A DNA stretch of 64,000 nt from Desulfotignum sp. (GTDB lineage Bacteria > Desulfobacterota > Desulfobacteria > Desulfobacterales > Desulfobacteraceae). The position numbers were made by a program, and so were the translations under genes. This document shows, piece after piece, positions 9,194-19,195 of this stretch. The notes beneath the pieces were generated by a model, which saw nothing but the letters and a program-made list of their open reading frames with translations, had not been told where the DNA came from and searched no databases. Position 1 is the first letter of the stretch; each line of letters begins with the position of its first letter. The stretch lies in contig JAABSO010000015.1 in NCBI GenBank assembly GCA_011390335.1, positions 8,972 to 72,971 on the forward strand, read 5' to 3'.

Positions 9194-10078
9194 TTAAATT
9201 GTTTTATCCCGTCCCAGCCGGTGCATGGCCAGGCCGGAGCCCACAATGAGCAGGCCCCCGGCAAACAGATGCCAGGAGACCGGTTCCATGAGAAAGACAA
9301 TGCCCACCACCGCTGTAAACAGGGTTTCGCTGGACATATATGCTGCCCCTTCAAAGCCCCTGCAGAAGAAAAACCCCTGGTTCATGAGCAGCTGGGCTGC
9401 CACCGACACCGCAATAATACCTGCGCTCATGGTCCATTCGACAGCTGATGCAGGAACAATCGGGTGAAAGAGGCAATAGGGAAGGGTGGCCAAAGTGCCC
9501 ATGGTACAGAAATAAAAATAGATGATCACCGGGCCGTTGTGCTCCCGCAGAGACCGGATAATGGTGACCGTGAATCCGGCCAGCAGGGCCCCGATAATGG
9601 CCATGGCCTGGCCCAGGGCATTGGTGGAAAGCCTGAAGTCAAACAAAATGGCCACCCCTGCCAGAAGCACGGCAATGCAGGCTATCTGCAGCCGGTTCAC
9701 CTGTTCTTTATATATGATGAACCCGAACAGGGCGGCAAAGGCAGGATAGGAATAAAACAGCACCACTGCCGTGGACATGGGCAGGGTGCGCAGGGCCGAC
9801 ACCACAAAAAAAAAGGCAAGAGATCCGGAACAGCCCCTGAGGATCAGCAGCGGAATCTTGTGTCCTTTAAAGGGATTTTTTCTGCGGCTAAACACGGTTG
9901 TCAGCACCAGCATCCCGCCAAAGCAGCGGATAAACCCCAGGTGCCAGACCGTGTAATGGTCCGGCATCAGTTTGACCAAGGTGGACATGAGGGTAAACAA
10001 AAGGGCGGCAGACAGCATGAACAAGGGTCCTGCCATCCGGGCATCCATGAGAACGGTTCGGGTTGTGGATGGTTGCAT
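9194..10078 (-). CDS. DMT/EamA family transporter
   Basis: ~10 hydrophobic helices in two repeats, LILRG..G, A.VLFYSYP.F; start uncertain. Confidence 0.88.
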   Translation of the reverse strand: MQPSTTRTVLMDARMAGPLFMLSAALLFTLMSTLVKLMPDHYTVWHLGFIRCFGGMLVLTTVFSRRKNPFKGHKIPLLILRGCSGSLAFFFVVSALRTLPMSTAVVLFYSYPAFAALFGFIIYKEQVNRLQIACIAVLLAGVAILFDFRLSTNALGQAMAIIGALLAGFTVTIIRSLREHNGPVIIYFYFCTMGTLATLPYCLFHPIVPASAVEWTMSAGIIAVSVAAQLLMNQGFFFCRGFEGAAYMSSETLFTAVVGIVFLMEPVSWHLFAGGLLIVGSGLAMHRLGRDKTI

Positions 10079-10340
10079 ATGTTCAGCGGTCCTTGAGATC
10101 CATTGTTTCTGCCAGGAGTGTAAAATAGCCCCGGCAGCCATATCTGTCAAATAGATTTTACCTTCGGCCGGGTTTTGGTATCCTTAGATTTTTCATTGGA
10201 TACCTTTGGAAAATGGTGTTATGATTTTAATGGTATACTGCGGGTGATTGTACCGTATCAACATAAAAAAAGAAGCAAATGAATGCCTGCAGGGCATAAA
10301 ATAGGTATATCCCATGCAAGTAATACCAAAAAAGGACGGC

Positions 10341-12074
10341 ATGAAGGTAGCACAATTCAGATTCAGGACGTTGCAGGCAAGGCTGCTGGTGCTTTTGCTG
10401 ATTCCCGTGGTGGTGATCCTTCTGCTGGGAGGGGCGGCAAGTTTCTGGTATGCCAGGGACATCATGCTGGAACAATGGAATGAATCCGCAGCGATAAAAC
10501 TCCAGCGGGCTGCCCATTATATTGAAATGAGACTGCTCAAACCGGTGGACCTGCTCAATGCCTTGTTCCAGGTATCTGACCGGAATGCCGCCATTGTTTC
10601 TCCGGAACAGGTGGTGGATTTTCTGCAGGTCATGGATGGGGTGGTATCTGCAGAGTATGACCCGGCAGGTTCTTTACAATCTCTCAAAGAAATGGGAATG
10701 CCAGGCATGGGGTATATGGACAGGATGAATGTTGACATGCACAAGGGTATGCGGTTTTCCCGGTCCAGAATTGCAAGTGTTTCCGGACCCCAATACCATG
10801 CAGGCGGAGACGGCCGGACTGTGACCATGCGCATCACCCTGTCCGGCCCTTCAGAAGAGAGGCTGGGGCATCTTGACATCCGCATGGAGTTTGATTACCT
10901 GCTCAAAGATATCCTCTCACTGGGCTGGTGGCAGAGCGACATGGCCTGTATTGTAGATGAAAGCGGTACCTATATGGCCCATACCAACATGACCATGACG
11001 GACCGCCGCTCCCTTGGGAACTCAAATGATCCCCTGGAACAGGCAATTTTAAAAAAAATGGATTCCCAGTCATTCGGAACGGTTAGCTCCCAGGGCCATC
11101 CCCCTGACCTGGTGGCGGGTTTCTATAAACTTGACCAGGTGCCCTGGACAATTATCATGTTTGCCGACGGCCGCAAAATTCTGGGTTCCATTGTGACCTA
11201 CAGGAATGTTCTTGCTTTTGGCATATTTGTTCTGGCAGGCCTGGTGCTGGTTTTGATCCGGTTTCACATGTGCCGGATAGTGAACCAGATTCAGCAGCTT
11301 TCCTCCAAGGCACAAGCGGTGGCAGACGGTGATTACGGGTCTCCCATACCTGTGGAAAGCCGCGATGAAATCGGGAACCTGGTGGAACGGTTCAATGCCA
11401 TGGTCAGAGGACTCAAGGAACGCGATCACATCCGTAACAGCTTTGGCCGGTATGTGGACCCGGATTTTGCCAGAACCCTGATGAAGCATCCGGAGGCCGG
11501 CCAGCTGGGGGGCAGCCGGCGGGAGGCGGTGATGCTCATGTCAGACATCCGGGAGTTTACCAGTCTGTCTGAAACCCTGGAGCCTGAGCTGATTGTTACC
11601 ATTTTGAACCGGTATTTTTCCCATATGATCGAGATCATCCGTGAGCACCAGGGTATTATTGTGGATTTTTACGGGGATGCCATCCTGGTGTTTTTTGATC
11701 CCCTGGATGAACCGCTTTTGAAAACCGTCCGGCGGGCGATACAGTGTGCCTTTACCATGCAGGACCGGATGCCGTCGGTGAACCGGGAGTTGAAAGCGCA
11801 GAACCTGCCCGATCTTTCCATGGGCATCGGCATCCATGCCGGCCAGGTGGTGGTGGGAAATATCGGATCCGCCACCCGGGCCAAATACGGGGTGGTGGGA
11901 TCGGCGGTCAACATCACCGGCCGGATCCAGGAACTGGCCCAAAAAGGGCAGATCCTCATCTCAGACGCTGTTCTGGACAAGGTGAAGGACCAGGTAACGG
12001 TGATGACTTCCGTTTCAAAGGACCTGAAGGGGGTGGATCAGACCATGACCCTGCATGTGATCAAACCGGGCTGA
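10341..12074 (+). CDS. Membrane class III nucleotidyl cyclase (TM-periplasmic/Cache-like-TM-HAMP-cyclase), paralog A
   Basis: HAMP DEIGNLVERFNAM; FGRYV; MSDIREFT; IVDFYGDAI; MGIGIHAG.VVVGNIGS; KYGVVGSAVNITGRI. Confidence 0.92.
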   Translation: MKVAQFRFRTLQARLLVLLLIPVVVILLLGGAASFWYARDIMLEQWNESAAIKLQRAAHYIEMRLLKPVDLLNALFQVSDRNAAIVSPEQVVDFLQVMDGVVSAEYDPAGSLQSLKEMGMPGMGYMDRMNVDMHKGMRFSRSRIASVSGPQYHAGGDGRTVTMRITLSGPSEERLGHLDIRMEFDYLLKDILSLGWWQSDMACIVDESGTYMAHTNMTMTDRRSLGNSNDPLEQAILKKMDSQSFGTVSSQGHPPDLVAGFYKLDQVPWTIIMFADGRKILGSIVTYRNVLAFGIFVLAGLVLVLIRFHMCRIVNQIQQLSSKAQAVADGDYGSPIPVESRDEIGNLVERFNAMVRGLKERDHIRNSFGRYVDPDFARTLMKHPEAGQLGGSRREAVMLMSDIREFTSLSETLEPELIVTILNRYFSHMIEIIREHQGIIVDFYGDAILVFFDPLDEPLLKTVRRAIQCAFTMQDRMPSVNRELKAQNLPDLSMGIGIHAGQVVVGNIGSATRAKYGVVGSAVNITGRIQELAQKGQILISDAVLDKVKDQVTVMTSVSKDLKGVDQTMTLHVIKPG

Positions 12075-12139
12075 CCCTGGCACCGGCGGATGAAACCTTG
12101 CCGGCAGCATAGGAGCCCCGAAAGATCAATCCTTATTAG

Positions 12140-12262
12140 CAGAATATTTTACCATATGCCTTGTGTTTTGCAGCAGGCGCAATGATTTTTGTTGTTGTGG
12201 AAGAACTCATTCCAGAGCCTCAGAGAAAATACGAAAATATTGATGTGGTGACAATGGCAACG
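12140..12262 (+). pseudogene. Remnant of a ZIP/ZupT(GufA) metal transporter C-terminal region
   Basis: Translates [41 protein letters not shown]; in-frame TAG immediately upstream, no start codon. Confidence 0.8.
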
Positions 12263-12283
12263 CAGATGTCTCCGCTTCGGGTT

Positions 12284-13636
12284 TCAGTGGTGGTGTGCAG
12301 GTGATTCCTCCTGATCCGATTGTCTGGCCCGTGCAGACCTTTTCAGGAAGATCTGCACGGCGATTGCAATGGCGATCATAGTGACAACGGCAACACCAAT
12401 TACAAAGGGGTCGGAATTCAGCTTGACCCAGACAAAACCTCCAAGGGCGAGTAAATCGAGAAAAATGGCTGTGGCCGGCACCCATGCCCGGGCCTTGACG
12501 GCCTCGCGGAGATAGCGAATGACGCCCCAATGGATGGCAATGTCCATGATCAGGTAAAACACGATACCCAGCGCCGCAATCCGGGAGAGGTCAAAGAATG
12601 CGGTCAGGATCAGGCCGAGAACCACGGTATATACCAGGGTATGCTTCTGGATGCTTCCGGGCATACCAAAATGGCTGTGGGGCACCAGTTTCATTTCGGT
12701 CAGCATGGCCAGCATTCTGGATACGGCAAAAATGCTGGCCAGAATGCCGCCGGCGGTGGCCATTATGGCAATGGCCACCGTGAACCAAACGCCGTAGTCG
12801 CCCAATGCCGGCCGGGCGGCGGCGGCAAGGGAGTAGTCCCGTGTCTCAATGATTTCGGCAAGCGAAAGATTACTCGCAACGGCAAAGCCGACCAGGGTGT
12901 AGATCACAACGCAGGCCGCAATGGACATCATGATGGCACGACCAACATTGCGATGCGGGTCTTTCACTTCCGAGCCACTGTTGGTAATCGTTGTAAAGCC
13001 CTTGAACGCCAGTATTCCGAGGGCGGTCGCACCAAGGAAATTGCCAACGTTACCGGCCTCTCCAGCGCGTGAGAAGTCGATGGAAATGCTATCGGCAATC
13101 CAGACACCCACCAGCCCAAAAATCAGAATGCCCCCGATTTTCAAAATACCGATGAACGAGGCGACCTTTTCGATACGGCGGTTGCCCATCAGATTGATTA
13201 CAAAAGCCGCCAGGATGAGTGCCACCCCGAGAATGGGCACCATACGACCACTCTCATCTCCCCCGAAAAGCTGCATGGTATAGGCGCCGAACGTGCGGGC
13301 AAGAAAGCTTTGGGCGATCACCATCGAAAAATACATCAGTAACGCATTAAAGGCCGTCGGCAACCGGTTTCCGTAGGCCTTGTGCAGATACATGCCGATG
13401 CCACCGGCGGACGGATAGGCATTGGAAATCTTGATGTAGGAATAGGCGCTAAAGGAAACGACCACGGCAGCGGCCAGAAACGCCAACGGGAAGAGAATAC
13501 CGGTCATCTGCGCCATCTGCCCGGTCAGCGCAAAGATGCCGGCGCCTATCATGACCCCGGTTCCCAGCATGACCGTCCCAGCTAGCGTCAAGCTACCTTC
13601 TTGGTACTGCGTCGTTCTGTCATCATCTTTAGCCAT
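12284..13636 (-). CDS. APC family amino-acid permease
   Basis: [33 protein letters not shown]; 12 TM; ends in HHH. Confidence 0.9.
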   Translation of the reverse strand: MAKDDDRTTQYQEGSLTLAGTVMLGTGVMIGAGIFALTGQMAQMTGILFPLAFLAAAVVVSFSAYSYIKISNAYPSAGGIGMYLHKAYGNRLPTAFNALLMYFSMVIAQSFLARTFGAYTMQLFGGDESGRMVPILGVALILAAFVINLMGNRRIEKVASFIGILKIGGILIFGLVGVWIADSISIDFSRAGEAGNVGNFLGATALGILAFKGFTTITNSGSEVKDPHRNVGRAIMMSIAACVVIYTLVGFAVASNLSLAEIIETRDYSLAAAARPALGDYGVWFTVAIAIMATAGGILASIFAVSRMLAMLTEMKLVPHSHFGMPGSIQKHTLVYTVVLGLILTAFFDLSRIAALGIVFYLIMDIAIHWGVIRYLREAVKARAWVPATAIFLDLLALGGFVWVKLNSDPFVIGVAVVTMIAIAIAVQIFLKRSARARQSDQEESPAHHH

Positions 13637-13668
13637 GAAACCTCCGGTTGTTTATAAGTTCAATATAT

Positions 13669-13684
13669 AGCAAACATGATGCCA
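13669..13684 (-). promoter_or_regulatory. Sigma-54 promoter for APC permease
   Basis: Minus strand TGGCATCATGTTTGCT = GG-N10-GC, 32 nt upstream of ATG. Confidence 0.75.
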
Positions 13685-13794
13685 ACACCCTGACGGTTTG
13701 GCTGAAAATTAGTGTATACTATTGTAATATTAAGATTTTTACATATCAATGTGTACGATGGAAGAGATTACGTCAAGGTATGCGGGCGGTGATG

Positions 13795-13830
13795 TGGTCA
13801 AATAATACCACAAGGATCAAATAATAGCAC
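13795..13830. promoter_or_regulatory. Tandem imperfect repeats; candidate enhancer for the APC permease promoter
   Basis: tggtcaaataataccac and ggatcaaataatagcac, ~110-145 bp upstream of the sigma-54 site. Confidence 0.45.
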
Positions 13831-13952
13831 ATCGGTGCTGGCCCATAACTGGAAAGCTCTCAAAGTGGAAGCAGCAAAAAAAAATCCGTTAACCATAGAT
13901 GAATCCGTACTGAGCTCAGGAAAGAATCTTTACAGCTCTTTTTTTTGTCAGC

Positions 13953-13999
13953 TGCCCAATATTTAGACAATGCCATCCGATCTGTATAAAATTTATACA
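13953..13999. promoter_or_regulatory. Paired 17-bp TG(T/C)-N11-ACA sites; candidate NtrC/ZraR-family upstream activator sequence
   Basis: tgcccaatatttagaca (13953) and perfect dyad tgtataaaatttataca (13983), 30 bp apart, ~135-180 bp upstream of the 14134 sigma-54 promoter. Confidence 0.55.
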
Positions 14000-14133
14000 G
14001 ATCGGATGGGTGTTCCTTATCGAATTTTTTCTTTTGTTCATGTTTTTTCAGTGGGCATTTATATGGATAACCTTCTGTTTTAATGGTTATTTATTTTTGA
14101 ATCCTGCAGTTTTTTTGTCATGGAAAATGACTG

Positions 14134-14149
14134 TGGCATACCCGTTGCA
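14134..14149 (+). promoter_or_regulatory. Sigma-54 promoter for His-rich protein/porin operon
   Basis: TGGCATACCCGTTGCA = GG-N10-GC. Confidence 0.8.
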
Positions 14150-14232
14150 ATTCATAAAAACAACAGTAATGCAGCGATCACTAAATAATCGTCCTCTATA
14201 CCGGTAAACCATACATGAAAAAGGAGAAAAAA

Positions 14233-14580
14233 ATGAAGATAAAAATAATGTTCATCATCTTGGGAGTGCTTGTAATCGGGTTTTCCATGAAGGCGTATGC
14301 AATGATGGGAGGCGGCCGGACCCAGTCCGGTCAGACGCAGCATATGCATGACAACAGCCAGAGATATCATACGGATCAGGAATATCACAATAACGGCAGG
14401 GAACAGTATCGCCCTGACCATGGCGATCATATGGATGGTGAAGGCAGGTATGGCCAGGATCATTTTATGGACGATGATTCCTTTTACCATGATGACAGCC
14501 ATTCGATCGATCATGGGGGCAATGGATATGACGGCCGCAATGCAGACGACATGCATGACAATGGCCCACAAGGCCATTAG
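14233..14580 (+). CDS. Exported His/Asp/Met-rich low-complexity protein
   Basis: AAGGAG RBS, signal peptide ending MKAYA, mature part MMGGG...HMHD...DHGDHMD...HDDSHSIDH. Confidence 0.75.
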   Translation: MKIKIMFIILGVLVIGFSMKAYAMMGGGRTQSGQTQHMHDNSQRYHTDQEYHNNGREQYRPDHGDHMDGEGRYGQDHFMDDDSFYHDDSHSIDHGGNGYDGRNADDMHDNGPQGH

Positions 14581-14640
14581 TTCATAACCCGGGCTTCAGG
14601 GCCTAAAATGATTTTAAAGGTAAATCTAAGGAGGGAAAAA

Positions 14641-15852
14641 ATGGTTGTTTTCAGAAAAGACGCTGCAATGATGAATAACACATTGAAGGTTGTGATGATT
14701 GCCTTAATGGCGGTGATCTGGGCAGCTGGCATGGCCCAGGCAGGGTACAAATTTAAAATCAATGAAGCGGTTAAAGGAGAGATTGGTTTCTGGACCCAGG
14801 CCTGGTATCAATATGCGGAAGACGCCAGTGACAGCGATGGAGACGGGGTGCTTGATACAGATGTAAATGATTTTATGATACGAAGAGCCTATTTCAGCAT
14901 CAGCGGAGAGGCCACCCCCTATCTGGGATTTTTTACACACATTGCTGCCGACCGCATCGGTCAGGACAATCTGGATGATTCATCACTGGGCCTTGGAAGC
15001 GGTGTCGCATTCAGAGATATTTGGATCACACTGAAACCATCTGATATGCTCAATATTCAGTTGGGGCGGATGTATATTCCGTTTACGCGAAATTATGGCA
15101 CCACCTCGACCAAAGCCCTGTTGACAACAGATCTTGACTGGACCCAGGGCGGCGTCAGAGGCAATATCTTTTACCCCAGCAAGGTTGGCCGGGATGACGG
15201 TGTCACATTTTGGGGCAATCTGATGCAGGGGCTGTTCCAATACCGGTTCATGATTGCCGAAGGGGTGGAGAACATCACCCAGAATCCGGATGATAACCTG
15301 AGGTTTGCCGGAAGGGTCAGTTTCAACCTGTTTGATCCTGAGACAGGCTGGTTCAATCAGGGCACCTATCTGGGAAAGAAACAGGTTCTTGCATTCGGTC
15401 TGGGCGCAGATACCCAGGAGCTTGAATTTGGTGCCCGAACAGATGATTATTTTGCCTGGACAGCGGATATTCATTATGACCAGCCGTTGAGCAACGGGGG
15501 TGCCCTGACTGCCGAAGCTGCGTACATCAACATTGAAAAAGGGGTGAACCCTATTAAATACACCCAGTTTGCATCAGGGGATGACGGGTCAATTGTTTCC
15601 CTGAAAGCAGGGTATCTTTTCCCCGGCCGGATCGGGATAGGACAGGTACAGCCTTTTGCCCACTATGAGCTTATCAATGTGGATGAAACAAATAAAGACG
15701 ATACACAGGTATATGGTCTGGGATTGAATTACTTTTTCAAGGGACATGCCAATAAATTGAGCATCGATCTTTCATCAGTTGATCAGGAAACAGCAACAAC
15801 ATCTGCACAGGATCATTTAATTTTCACAATCCAGCTGGCAGCCGGGTTCTAA
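14641..15852 (+). CDS. Outer-membrane porin (OprO/P-like; resembles Geobacter ExtI family)
   Basis: Signal peptide (..GMAQA), DFMIRRAY, GRMYIPFTRNYGTTSTKALLTTDLDW, C-terminal Phe; AAGGAGG RBS. Confidence 0.75.
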   Translation: MVVFRKDAAMMNNTLKVVMIALMAVIWAAGMAQAGYKFKINEAVKGEIGFWTQAWYQYAEDASDSDGDGVLDTDVNDFMIRRAYFSISGEATPYLGFFTHIAADRIGQDNLDDSSLGLGSGVAFRDIWITLKPSDMLNIQLGRMYIPFTRNYGTTSTKALLTTDLDWTQGGVRGNIFYPSKVGRDDGVTFWGNLMQGLFQYRFMIAEGVENITQNPDDNLRFAGRVSFNLFDPETGWFNQGTYLGKKQVLAFGLGADTQELEFGARTDDYFAWTADIHYDQPLSNGGALTAEAAYINIEKGVNPIKYTQFASGDDGSIVSLKAGYLFPGRIGIGQVQPFAHYELINVDETNKDDTQVYGLGLNYFFKGHANKLSIDLSSVDQETATTSAQDHLIFTIQLAAGF

Positions 15853-15859
15853 AGTCCAT

Positions 15860-15904
15860 TTTAACAGACAGCCGCCCGCGTTAAGCGGGCGGCTGTCTGT
15901 TAAA
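15860..15904. terminator. Strong hairpin after porin gene
   Basis: tttaacagacagccgcccgc-gttaa-gcgggcggctgtctgttaaa, 20-bp perfect stem. Confidence 0.8.
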
Positions 15905-15966
15905 GGTTTTATCTAATAACTGGTTTTAACAATGAGGGAACAACACCAAAAATAAGGGGAAATAAC

Positions 15967-16128
15967 ATGTCGCAAACCACAAAAAACAATATCGGAAAAA
16001 AAATCTTCAGGTCTGCTGCTATTGTAATGGTTCTGATCACACTGGCTGTTCTGGTGACATCCTGTGCCGCGCCGCGGTACGGAAGGGGCCATCATCATTA
16101 TATGAATTACAATGGTGTTCAACCATGA
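15967..16128 (+). CDS. Small predicted lipoprotein with HHH motif (53 aa)
   Basis: AAGGGGA RBS; MSQTTKNNIGKKIFRSAAIVMVLITLAVLVTS-CAAPRYGRGHHHYMNYNGVQP; lipobox VTSC; below the ORF-track cutoff. Confidence 0.6.
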   Translation: MSQTTKNNIGKKIFRSAAIVMVLITLAVLVTSCAAPRYGRGHHHYMNYNGVQP

Positions 16129-17510
16129 CGGGATGATAAAATTTGGGCAAGATCCAGATGGTATTTTTTAATTTTGTTGTTTAACGTTGTTCGGGTGATG
16201 TGCAGTAATTTTGCCGCCTCGGTCTTGTTCCCCCCGGTCTGCTTCAGGGTCTCTGTCAGGGCCATGGTTTCAATGTCATCAAGGGATCTGCCGCCGAGCG
16301 CAGGCAGGGGATTTGCAGGATCTTCATCCGGTCTGTAGTTTCCCATCACAGTCGCCGGCAGGTCTTTTTCCGAGATATATTGCCCCATGGACAAAATAGC
16401 CGCCCTTTCAACGGCATTTTCAAGTTCTCTGACATTGCCGGGCCATGGATGTTTTATCATGGCATCCATGGCCATGGGCGTGAATCCTTTATACTGTTTT
16501 CTGTTTTTTTGTGCGTACAGAGTTAAAAAGTCCTGGGCAAGCAGGGGGATATCCTCTTTTCTGTCTTTTAATGAAGGGATTTTGATATTGATAACGTTCA
16601 GGCGGTAAAACAGATCTTCTCTGAACCGGCCGTCCTTCACTTCCTGTTCCAGGTTTTTGTTTGTGGCGACAATAATTCTGACATCGATTTGGATCGGTTT
16701 GTCATTTCCTATCCTTTGAATCTCTCTTTCCTGTATGGTGCGCAGCAGTTTGACCTGCATGGACAAAGGGATTTCTCCTATCTCATCTAAAAAAATGGTA
16801 CCTTTGTCTGCATGGAGAAAAAGACCGTCCCGTCTTTTGTCCGCCCCGGTGAAAGCCCCTTTTTCATGTCCGAATAGTTCCGATTCCAGAAGCGTTTCAT
16901 TCAACGCCGCACAGTTAATGGATATCAGCTTGTTTTTGTTTCTGGCGCTGTGATCATGAATGGCTTTGGCAAACAGTTCTTTTCCGGTACCGCTTTCACC
17001 GGTAATCAGGATGGTGGCATCTGTGGGCGCTGCAATTTTTGCCGTTTCCATCACTTTTTTCAAGGCAGGACTGGAACCTGTAATGCGGGAAAAACCGGTA
17101 TTTAATGATATTTTTTTTTTCAGGTCTGCATTTTCACGGGTCAGCTGCAGATGACTCATTGCCCTGTCAATGGTGATTTTAAGGTCATCAAAATTCAAGG
17201 GTTTGGTAAGATAATCATAGGCACCAAGCTTCATCGCCTCCACTGCTTTATTCACTGAAGAATACGCTGTCATGATGATAATGGGTATGGCAGGGTTGAA
17301 CTCTTTTATTTTCTGCAACGCTTCCATCCCCCCGATATTTGCCATTCTCACATCCATAAGCACCAGATCATAAGGTGTTTTTTTTACCACGCTGATGGCA
17401 TCTTTGCCGTCAGTTACACTGTGTATTGAATGACCTATGCTTTTTAAAACGGTTTCCAGCATGGACAGATGCGCTGTGTCATCATCAACGATCAAAATTT
17501 TACCTGTCAT
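16119..17510 (-). CDS. Sigma-54-dependent response regulator, ZraR/NtrC family
   Basis: REC (VDDD, MDVRM), GESGTGKE, ESELFGHEKGAFTGA, WPGNVRELEN, Fis HTH. Confidence 0.93.
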   Translation of the reverse strand: MTGKILIVDDDTAHLSMLETVLKSIGHSIHSVTDGKDAISVVKKTPYDLVLMDVRMANIGGMEALQKIKEFNPAIPIIIMTAYSSVNKAVEAMKLGAYDYLTKPLNFDDLKITIDRAMSHLQLTRENADLKKKISLNTGFSRITGSSPALKKVMETAKIAAPTDATILITGESGTGKELFAKAIHDHSARNKNKLISINCAALNETLLESELFGHEKGAFTGADKRRDGLFLHADKGTIFLDEIGEIPLSMQVKLLRTIQEREIQRIGNDKPIQIDVRIIVATNKNLEQEVKDGRFREDLFYRLNVINIKIPSLKDRKEDIPLLAQDFLTLYAQKNRKQYKGFTPMAMDAMIKHPWPGNVRELENAVERAAILSMGQYISEKDLPATVMGNYRPDEDPANPLPALGGRSLDDIETMALTETLKQTGGNKTEAAKLLHITRTTLNNKIKKYHLDLAQILSSRHG

Positions 17511-19195
17511 GGTAATATCCTCTGTTGTTTATTAAGCGGTATTGAAACGAAAAATGTGGTGCCCTTCCCCTTGAAACTTTCAAGCCAGATGGTGCCGTTA
17601 TGGCCTTCGATTATTTTGTGGACAATGGCCAGTCCCAGTCCGGTCCCCTTTTTTTTGGTTGTAAAATAGGGATTGAATACAGCGGCCTGGTCATCGGGTA
17701 AAATCCCTTCCCCGGTATCTGAGACAGCAAAAAGAACGGCATTCTCTTTCACCCGGACATCCACTGTCAGGTCTCCGCCATGTTTCATGGCCTGGATGGC
17801 ATTAATATAAAGATTCAGCAGAACCTGGCTGAAACGGTCCGGGTCAAGATTGAGTTTGGGAAGCGGGGCATCGATTTTTTCCTTCACCCGTATGCCGGCG
17901 CTTTCTGCCTCATGCCGGATAATGCGCAATGAGTTTTTGATAAATTGATCCAATTGTGTGGGGTGTAATTTTAAGTCAGCCGGCCGTGCAAATTCAAGCA
18001 GTTCAGATATCACCCGGTCCACTCTGTCAATCTCTTGCACCATTAACCGGGCCGCTTTTTTATTTTCACTGGTATCTTCAAACAGGCTGCCGAAAAAACC
18101 GGCATACCCCTTGATGGAGCTTAAGGGGTTTCTGACTTCATGGGCAATACCCGAGGCCAGTGTTCCCAGCGCGGCCAGGCTTTCTTTTCTTCTGATTTTC
18201 AGCTCCAGGGCCCGTATCTGGCTCAAATCTTTTAAAATAAAGAGAAATCCTATGAAATCACCGGCCTGGTCGAAAATATTTGTAACCATCACGGAAATGG
18301 GGGTTGCGCCTGTTTTTTCCGCGTCGACAACGATCTCTTTTTCCAGGCCTTTTCCGTTGGCATCGGCAATCTTATGCAGATGCCAGATATCTTCGGGAAG
18401 AACGTCACCGGCTGTTTTGTCAGTTATCCCCAAAATATTGATTCCCAGAAGAGAACAGGCGGTATCATTCATATACCGGATGTGCCGGCTCTTATCCACA
18501 ATGATGATTCCCATGGGAAGGCTGGCAATGGTTTCAGCGGCAAAAGCCCTTGTGTCCTGCAGCAGCCGGTGGGAACGGATGACCTTGCGGGACCAGAACA
18601 AAGAAATAATTCCGGCCAGTCCCACGAGAAAAACAATGGTGATCATCAGAATGTTGTGTTGCAGGTCTTCTCTAACAGCCTGTTCAAACGGGTGTACATC
18701 CATTCCAATGAACATCACGGGTCTGTTTTCAGCAACTTTCGGAAATGTAAACGCAAGTGGTTTGTAAACCTCGAAATACCTTGTGTTGTTTTCTTTTTCA
18801 ACGATCCGCCACCCGGGATTGCCGGGGTGTGTAACACGGTTTTCAAGTGCTGTGTCATCGCGCTGTGTGCCGATCATTTTCCGGTCATTGTGGGCCAGTA
18901 TCTTTCCAGATGCGTCAACCAGAAACATATATAAAATGCCGGATTGAGATGCGGTTTTCTCCAGTACCCTCTGCAGGGAAAAATGATTGCCCGACACCCC
19001 GGTTCCGGCATCGGCTTCAAAAGACTTGATCCATACCACCCCTTTTTCCATTAAATGGTTGCCCACATGTTGTTTTTCCCGATTGTACATTATTACGGTC
19101 TGAAAAAGGATAATCACCATGAGCACAAAACTGATGCCGATGGTGATCCATGGGGAGGCAGAAACCACCAATCGGTTTGTTTTACTAAAATTCAT
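17507..19195 (-). CDS. Sensor histidine kinase, ZraS-like (2 TM, PAS)
   Basis: AHEVRNPLSSIKG, QVLLNLYINAIQAM, FNPYFTTK..GTGLGL; ATGA overlap with regulator. Confidence 0.92.
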   Translation of the reverse strand: MNFSKTNRLVVSASPWITIGISFVLMVIILFQTVIMYNREKQHVGNHLMEKGVVWIKSFEADAGTGVSGNHFSLQRVLEKTASQSGILYMFLVDASGKILAHNDRKMIGTQRDDTALENRVTHPGNPGWRIVEKENNTRYFEVYKPLAFTFPKVAENRPVMFIGMDVHPFEQAVREDLQHNILMITIVFLVGLAGIISLFWSRKVIRSHRLLQDTRAFAAETIASLPMGIIIVDKSRHIRYMNDTACSLLGINILGITDKTAGDVLPEDIWHLHKIADANGKGLEKEIVVDAEKTGATPISVMVTNIFDQAGDFIGFLFILKDLSQIRALELKIRRKESLAALGTLASGIAHEVRNPLSSIKGYAGFFGSLFEDTSENKKAARLMVQEIDRVDRVISELLEFARPADLKLHPTQLDQFIKNSLRIIRHEAESAGIRVKEKIDAPLPKLNLDPDRFSQVLLNLYINAIQAMKHGGDLTVDVRVKENAVLFAVSDTGEGILPDDQAAVFNPYFTTKKKGTGLGLAIVHKIIEGHNGTIWLESFKGKGTTFFVSIPLNKQQRILP

